This document shows, in pieces, positions 58,205-64,000 of a DNA stretch of 64,000 bases. The stretch is from contig NW_013657672.1 in assembly GCF_000142905.1 (NCBI RefSeq), forward strand, positions 1 to 64,000. Direction: 5' to 3'. Source of the stretch: Thecamonas trahens ATCC 50062. Its lineage: Eukaryota; Protista; Apusomonadida. The position numbers were made by a program, and so were the translations under genes. Below the pieces are notes generated by a model. That model did not search any database and was not told the origin of the DNA. It saw nothing but the letters and a program-made list of their open reading frames with translations. Each line of letters begins with the position of its first letter. Position 1 is the stretch's first letter.

Positions 58205-61200
58205 TTATTGGATGAGGATCGGCGCGATGATGGTGCCCTTGACAGCGCCTTCGGTCACGGCCGCCGCCGCCGAGCGGAAGAGGTTGCGTGAGGTGTTGCA
58301 CGAGGTGACTTGGTGGAGGAGGCCGCGAAAGGCGTGATGCGCGGCGGCACGAGCCTTGCCCTCCGGCGCAGCCGAGATCTCGGCCTCGACGCTGCGGAGG
58401 GCGTGAGCAGTGACGCCAGGCGCATTGCCGAAGATGGTGTGCAGGAGGTCGAGCGCGCCGGCGGAGGCCAGCTCCAGATACGCGTCGGCAAGGGCGTGGA
58501 TTACGGTGATGCCGTCGTAGTCGGTCTGCACGTGCGAGAGCACATTGAGCATGCCCTCGACAATCTGCGGAACAAGCGGCGCAAAGGCGTCGTCGCCGGC
58601 AAAGAGCTTGACCACGCGCGAGGCGAGCGTTACGCCGATGACGTGTGCACGCGGCGCTGGCCACCACAGCAGCTTGACCGAGGCCTCGACAAAGAGCGAC
58701 CGCATCGGCTCCTGCAGGACAAAGACATCAGCTGCGAGGACCGAGTTGTTGCGAGACGGCAGTCGCGATGAAAGCGACCGCAGCTGCGAGGCTAGCAGCC
58801 GCGTCGCCACCTGCAGCGCGTTGTTGATCCGGCTCTCCTCGGCCTGCGCCGCCTCGGCCCCGTGGCGTTCCGAGAGCGCCGCGAGCGTCGCGCCCGACCC
58901 GAGCGCCTCCCACTCGGCCACGAGCCGCTCAAAGAGCGCTCCTGTCCACAGATGCAGCAGCGGGTGAAGGAGCGAGTCGTGGTGGGCTTTGGGCGTCCGG
59001 GCCCGAAGCGGCGCAATGATCTTCTGCACCATCGGCTCTAACACCGCGAGCGACGTCGTCCCGACGTGCTCCACAATCGCCGCTGCCAGCGCCGCGCCCA
59101 TGTCGGGTAGCTCGCAGGTGACGTGCGGGTACTCGAGCGCGACGTGGATGACCCCGTAGAGCTCGCGGACCACGGCATGCATCCACCACTGCAGAAGGAC
59201 TGCCGGTGAGCCAAACTTGGAGCCATCGCCCGGGTTAAGCCCGTGCCGCAGCAGCAATGACGGCACTGCCGGTGAGCTCCATGCGCTCTCGTTGACCGCA
59301 AGCAGCTTTGGTGGTGGGAGGAGGAAGGCGTCGGCAAACGCGTCCGGGAGCGCTGCAGCTGTGCTGGGCGCCAGCAGCGAGTGGAGCGACGAGAGCAGCG
59401 CGAGCATCGGGCCGAGCACCACAGGAATGGCGCTGGTCACCGCTTCCGACCGCCATCCGCGCGAGAACGAAAACACCGTGTTGACCACGCTCACCAGATG
59501 GAAGATGGAGTTGCGGAAGCCAAGCGAGGCGCCCGAGTGCGCCTTGCTCGCGTCGTCGAGACCAAGCGCTTGCGCCAGCGCCTGGGGGCTCGCCACCGCT
59601 CCGCCGAGCTCGGTACCGGTCCACGCCGGCATGACCTCGCTCAGCATACCGCCTACCAGCTCGTCGCGCGCGCCCGGCTCAAGCCCGTCTGCGAGCAGCA
59701 GAATCGCCTCGTAGAGCAGCGGTGTCTCAAAGTCTAGCACCGCCTGAGCTTCGCGCAGTCGCGCCACTTCGCCGCGCAGTCGCGCCAGTGATCCGTCGAG
59801 CTGCTCGCCGGCCGCCAAGCAGAGAAGAGTGAGCTCGTGCGCCGCTCGCCGGCGTATCTCAAACGTGCCTTGGCCCTCGACGGCGGCATCAAGCGGCGCG
59901 TCCGACGCCGAGCCTGAGAGCCGGACCGTCGCCATTGAGAACAAGAGATCAAGAACCGGCTGAGCTGCCTCGGGCAGCGCAGAAATAAAGGGGAAGAAGG
60001 CAGCGACGAGATGAAGGTACTCATCAAGCACGGATTCGGTCGTCACCGCCGCCGATCCGAGCGCGCTCACAAACTCGAGCACAAACTGCAGGAGCGCGCC
60101 AAACGTCGCCCGCGCCTCGTCCTGGTCTTCGTGTGCCCGTGTCTCGCTCAGCAGGCTCACATCCGACAACGGCTGACCGTCATCGACGAGGACCCACCGC
60201 GGAACGCACGCCACAGTCGCCCGCAGCATCCGCGCCGCGCCGGCAAGGAGCCGGCCAAAATCGGGCCCGGCCTCGCCGCTGGGTACCAGCCCGCACACCG
60301 CCTGAACGTAGCTGGCGGCAAAGACCAGCGTCTTTGTCCCATGCAGCTTGGCCAGCTCGCCCACCACCGCGTCAGTGCCATCGGCGAGCGCCTCGGCCGC
60401 AGCCTCGGCAGCAGGCCCGTCGTCGTACTCGTATGCTGCTCGCTGTGCGATCGCGGTCTCGCCGCGGATCTGTGCCCGCGCCTGGTACCATGCCACCACG
60501 CACTCCTCAATCCGGGTCACCACGGTTGCAGTCGAGGACTCGCCGGGCGTCAGCAGCTCTGTCCGCAGCAGCGAGGCCACCAGCCGCGGCAGTGGCTGGA
60601 CAAGCTTGAGCGATGGCGCACTCGCTAGCGCGAGCATCGCCTCGAGGTACGACCACCAAGAGTCATGGATGCCGAGCGCCTCGCCGCGAGTAGCCCGCCG
60701 CCGCACAAGCGCAAGGTGGAAGAGGCCGAGGTCGGCTAGGACCGCTACCAGTAGCGTTACAAACTCGTAGTGCGCAACGTCGTCGACCTGCGCATCGCTC
60801 GCCAGCGGCGCCATCAGCGGCTCCAGAAAGTCGAAAACTACGAGGATGTGGTTGGCGAGGGCAGAATCCGACTGTCGGTCGAGGAGCGCAACAATGACGC
60901 CGAGTGCGGCCTTGCGCGCGCTGGTATCGTCGACGGCAGCTGCCACGCTTGCGAGCAGCGAACGAAAGGCGTCGGCCGGAATGCTGCCGACGTCGGCGAG
61001 CTGCATGATGTTGTGCAGCGCTGCAAGCGCGAGGGGCGCCAGGCTACGGCCCGGCGAGCCAGCTGCCTCGCCCATGGCAAACTGGAGCGCGTTGCCAGCC
61101 AGTTCGAGAATGGGTGCCTCGACTACAGCCCACGCGTCCTTGAGCTCGTGCGAGCGGGCGATGGCCGCCGGCGCCGTCGATGACGTCGGCTTAAACCTTG

Positions 61201-61792
61201 TTGCCCGGTACAGACCATGGACAAATCCCTCGACGGCAGAGAGGACGGCGCCGGCAACCTCGAGCGAGCTTGAGCTCTCCATCTGCGCCACCAAGCTGTC
61301 GACCAGGTCGGGCCAGTTGGTCGGCCATAGCGAGAGCGCCAGTGAGACGAGCACGTCGACAATCTTGCTCTGCACAAAGCCTGCAGCATAGACCTCATCC
61401 GGCAGCAGCTTGCCAGCAAGCGGCGAGTCGGTTGGACCTGTGTTGACCAGCAGCGCCATGACATACGCCCGGAGCGCTGACACACCATCGCTGGTCAAGC
61501 TCTCGCTCACGCCGGCCATGAGGGCACCCTCCATCATGCCGAGGCCAGCGTGAACCATGGCCGGCGCCAGATCTGAGCCGAGGCCAGCGGCCACAATCAT
61601 CGGTGCGAGCGAGAGCGAAAGCAGCGGATCGCGATTGATGTCGACAACAAATGCCGATGCCTGCGACAGTTCTGTGGAAGATGCTGAGCCTGCCGAGAGC
61701 GAGGTAGCCACGGCGTGGACGGCTGTCTGTGACTGCTCCTCGTCGACCTGGGAGGGCTTGGGCAGATAGCTGACCCATTCACCCGCACTCAT
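58205..61792 (-). CDS. Exportin-5-like karyopherin
   Basis: 1195-aa HEAT protein. FVQSKIVDVLVSLALSLWPTNWPDLV fits the Xpo1 domain; EIRRRAAHELTLLC and LLYEAILL resemble exportin-5. Confidence 0.72.
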   Translation of the reverse strand: MSAGEWVSYLPKPSQVDEEQSQTAVHAVATSLSAGSASSTELSQASAFVVDINRDPLLSLSLAPMIVAAGLGSDLAPAMVHAGLGMMEGALMAGVSESLTSDGVSALRAYVMALLVNTGPTDSPLAGKLLPDEVYAAGFVQSKIVDVLVSLALSLWPTNWPDLVDSLVAQMESSSSLEVAGAVLSAVEGFVHGLYRATRFKPTSSTAPAAIARSHELKDAWAVVEAPILELAGNALQFAMGEAAGSPGRSLAPLALAALHNIMQLADVGSIPADAFRSLLASVAAAVDDTSARKAALGVIVALLDRQSDSALANHILVVFDFLEPLMAPLASDAQVDDVAHYEFVTLLVAVLADLGLFHLALVRRRATRGEALGIHDSWWSYLEAMLALASAPSLKLVQPLPRLVASLLRTELLTPGESSTATVVTRIEECVVAWYQARAQIRGETAIAQRAAYEYDDGPAAEAAAEALADGTDAVVGELAKLHGTKTLVFAASYVQAVCGLVPSGEAGPDFGRLLAGAARMLRATVACVPRWVLVDDGQPLSDVSLLSETRAHEDQDEARATFGALLQFVLEFVSALGSAAVTTESVLDEYLHLVAAFFPFISALPEAAQPVLDLLFSMATVRLSGSASDAPLDAAVEGQGTFEIRRRAAHELTLLCLAAGEQLDGSLARLRGEVARLREAQAVLDFETPLLYEAILLLADGLEPGARDELVGGMLSEVMPAWTGTELGGAVASPQALAQALGLDDASKAHSGASLGFRNSIFHLVSVVNTVFSFSRGWRSEAVTSAIPVVLGPMLALLSSLHSLLAPSTAAALPDAFADAFLLPPPKLLAVNESAWSSPAVPSLLLRHGLNPGDGSKFGSPAVLLQWWMHAVVRELYGVIHVALEYPHVTCELPDMGAALAAAIVEHVGTTSLAVLEPMVQKIIAPLRARTPKAHHDSLLHPLLHLWTGALFERLVAEWEALGSGATLAALSERHGAEAAQAEESRINNALQVATRLLASQLRSLSSRLPSRNNSVLAADVFVLQEPMRSLFVEASVKLLWWPAPRAHVIGVTLASRVVKLFAGDDAFAPLVPQIVEGMLNVLSHVQTDYDGITVIHALADAYLELASAGALDLLHTIFGNAPGVTAHALRSVEAEISAAPEGKARAAAHHAFRGLLHQVTSCNTSRNLFRSAAAAVTEGAVKGTIIAPILIQ

Positions 61793-61936
61793 GACTTTGT
61801 CGATGACAAAGGTGAAGATGGAGACAGATGCTGGTCATGTGTGTAGTCTGTCGCTGTTGCTGTCGGTGCTTGAGTCGGCGAGTGTCCGACTCAACCGCCG
61901 TTTCGTTCGATATGGCATGAGACGTAGGACGGAGGC

Positions 61937-62230
61937 CAACCATGATTAACTCTTGTTCATGCTAATGCATACCCCCACACACAACCATTAACTCTTGTTC
62001 ATGCTAATGCATACCCCCCCACACAACCATTAACTCTTGTTCATGCTAATGCATACCCCCCCACACAACCATTAACTCTTGTTCATGCTAATGCATACCC
62101 CCTACACAACCATTAACTCTTGTTCATGCTAATGCATACCCCCACACACAACCATTAACTCTTGTTCATGCTAATGCATACCCCCCACACAACCATTAAC
62201 TCTTGTTCATGCTAATGCATACCCCCACGC
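61937..62230. repeat. AT-rich minisatellite, 7 copies of ~41-44 bp
   Basis: Invariant core attaactcttgttcatgctaatgcatacccc separated by variable C/CA linkers. Confidence 0.95.
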
Positions 62231-62272
62231 ACCCCACGCACACACACAAACACACACACACACCTCTCAGAC

Positions 62273-63811
62273 ATGCACCTCCTCACCCCCACCCTTTCCC
62301 TCGCCCTCGCCCTCACCCTCATCCTCATCCTCCTCCCCCCCCACACACACACCCGAGTCGTCCCGTCGTCCGCACTGCTGCAGCCGGCGGCCGAGTCCGC
62401 GCCAGATGGAGCCTACGGCGGGGTCATGCCGGGTTATGCCCGCCACGCAGGCGGCCTGAGTCTCATACCAGGCGACGATGGCTACGCCCGTGTCATCGAT
62501 GAGGCGTACTGGGCTCTCCTTAGACTCGGTCGCCAAGGTATGTGCCTGGACCCGCTCAAGCATGTCCTGGTCAACGCGTCGGACGTTGCCATCCACATGC
62601 TGAGACACTCGACAGACGGACGTAGTCAGCGCATCATCCAGGTCGTCGATGCAGCATATCGCCCCAGACACTGGGCGGTCTTCTTTGGCTACGCTTTCGA
62701 CCTCTCCCTCTCCATCAGTCATCCGCACCAGGACGAGCTCTTCCGCCACTCCCTTCGCCTCACCACTGACGTCTATCGATCGCCGCTCTCCCTCACCCAT
62801 CACACCTTTGCCCCGCTCCATCCTACCCCATCATCATCATCCTCCTCCTCCTCTCGCAAGCCGTCGTTCAAGCTCGTCTCGTACAACATCTGGAACACAA
62901 ATCGCTGGAACGACCGCGCGCATGCTCTGGCTGCTCTTCTCGCCCGCTCTCAGCCCGATGTCATTGCCCTGCAAGAGGTCCGCCTCGACACCTCGCTCCG
63001 CGACGCGCCCGAGTTTGCCTTTGATCCCGACTCGATTCTCGCTCGCCACGACCTCCGCGGCCTCGATGCGGTCAACCAGGTTGTCCAGCTCGCTCTCCTC
63101 CTCCCAGACTACCCACACTTTACCTTTCAGCCCGCCATGTCGTACCCGCAGCTGCCGCTCGGTCGGGTCGAGGAGGGTCTGCTCTTCTTCTCCAAAACTC
63201 CGCTGACAGACACCGCGTATGCTCTGCTCTCCCGCGATGTCGCCCAAGACCACATGGACGTCCACCAGCGCATCGTCCTCTCTACATCGACCCGCACCGC
63301 CTCGGGCGTGGACGTCCAGCTCTTGCAGACCCACATGTCGCTTACTCCGACCGCCCGCCTCCGAAACATGCTCGAGATCGCCTCGTTTGCCCGCGCCACA
63401 CAGGGTCGCCGCTCGAAGCTCCAGCTACTCATGGGCGACTTCAACACAGACGTTGCCAACGAGCGCACCGGCTGGGGCCAGTCCATCGAGTTTATCGTCG
63501 GCCGCCGCCGCATCGCCTCCCGCCATACCCCGGCCCGCTTCCGCGACGCCTGGTACGACGCCGCCGCTGCGCAAGCACCCCGTCGCCGCCACGGCTACGG
63601 CCCGACCTTTCCGGCTCACAACGCCACCCTCCGCATTGACCTTGTCTTCTATCGCAACGTTCGCCCCTCGCCGGCTGCTCTCTGTCCCGTCGACGTCGAC
63701 ATCCTCGGTGCTGACCATTACGCTGTCGCCCCGCATGACGACCCCGACCCGGTGCTCGTCTCCGACCACCTTGGCCTCGCCGCCAGCTTTGCTCCCTGTC
63801 CTCCAATTTGA
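62273..63811 (+). CDS. Endonuclease/exonuclease/phosphatase (EEP) family protein with a signal peptide
   Basis: VSYNIW, PDVIALQEV, THMS, MGDFN, FRDAW, RIDLVF, SDH. Hydrophobic N-terminus LSLALALTLILILLP. Confidence 0.9.
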   Translation: MHLLTPTLSLALALTLILILLPPHTHTRVVPSSALLQPAAESAPDGAYGGVMPGYARHAGGLSLIPGDDGYARVIDEAYWALLRLGRQGMCLDPLKHVLVNASDVAIHMLRHSTDGRSQRIIQVVDAAYRPRHWAVFFGYAFDLSLSISHPHQDELFRHSLRLTTDVYRSPLSLTHHTFAPLHPTPSSSSSSSSRKPSFKLVSYNIWNTNRWNDRAHALAALLARSQPDVIALQEVRLDTSLRDAPEFAFDPDSILARHDLRGLDAVNQVVQLALLLPDYPHFTFQPAMSYPQLPLGRVEEGLLFFSKTPLTDTAYALLSRDVAQDHMDVHQRIVLSTSTRTASGVDVQLLQTHMSLTPTARLRNMLEIASFARATQGRRSKLQLLMGDFNTDVANERTGWGQSIEFIVGRRRIASRHTPARFRDAWYDAAAAQAPRRRHGYGPTFPAHNATLRIDLVFYRNVRPSPAALCPVDVDILGADHYAVAPHDDPDPVLVSDHLGLAASFAPCPPI

Positions 63812-63831
63812 ATCCTTAACGGTACTGTCGT

Positions 63832-63999
63832 TCAAGTGTACAACTCGATGATGCTCGACTTCCAGGTCACCGGCCGACGCTGTGCCCGACCTAGGAGCAT
63901 GGGCGAGGCGCGCGAGGTGCCGTACGGCGCCGATCCGGAGGAGCGGCGGGCACGGACGGTGCGGAGCTTGTCGTTGACGACCCCGACGACCGGGAAGTT
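63832..63999 (-). CDS. 3' end of a gene extending beyond the window
   Basis: Open frame with GC3-rich codons, NFPVVGVVNDKL...WKSSIIELYT*, converging on the EEP gene. Confidence 0.4.
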   Translation of the reverse strand, partial: NFPVVGVVNDKLRTVRARRSSGSAPYGTSRASPMLLGRAQRRPVTWKSSIIELYT

Positions 64000-64000
64000 G

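Noticed and set aside
61937-62230. Possible CRISPR array
   Set aside because: Linkers are ~10-bp C/CA tracts rather than unique spacers, there are no cas genes and the context is eukaryotic.

Overview
This is GC-rich, extremely gene-dense eukaryotic nuclear DNA with three N-gaps. It has few GT-AG introns (often GTACG/GTATG donors, one or none per gene) and many intergenic spacers under 200 bp. The style and gene set suggest a flagellated protist such as an apusomonad, which is inference and not a verified identification. About 27 protein-coding genes can be read. Recognisable ones are an RluA-type pseudouridine synthase, NECAP, PSMG3, a JmjC hydroxylase, tafazzin, MON2, a thimet (M3) oligopeptidase, full-length DNA-PKcs, URM1, SEC22, a GrpB/UPF0157 protein, NudC, dephospho-CoA kinase, rotatin, an SP-RING (PIAS/Siz-like) protein, a bZIP factor, an exportin-5-like protein and an EEP-family hydrolase. 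Six genes carry seven frameshifts, probably homopolymer sequencing errors. The most unusual items are: (1) an SP-RING SUMO-ligase-like protein with 8 perfect YAPTEPS heptads, an RNA polymerase II CTD mimic with Ser2->Ala and a phosphomimetic Ser5->Glu; (2) a receptor-like protein joining a bacterial-type beta-helix ectodomain to a TM segment and SH3; (3) a claudin-signature tetraspan protein; (4) GrpB lying near CoaE, two domains that are fused in actinobacteria; (5) an F-box fused to a DUF1963/YwqG-like domain; (6) a tetraspan protein with WW domains. No rRNA, tRNA, CRISPR array or recognisable transposon was seen.
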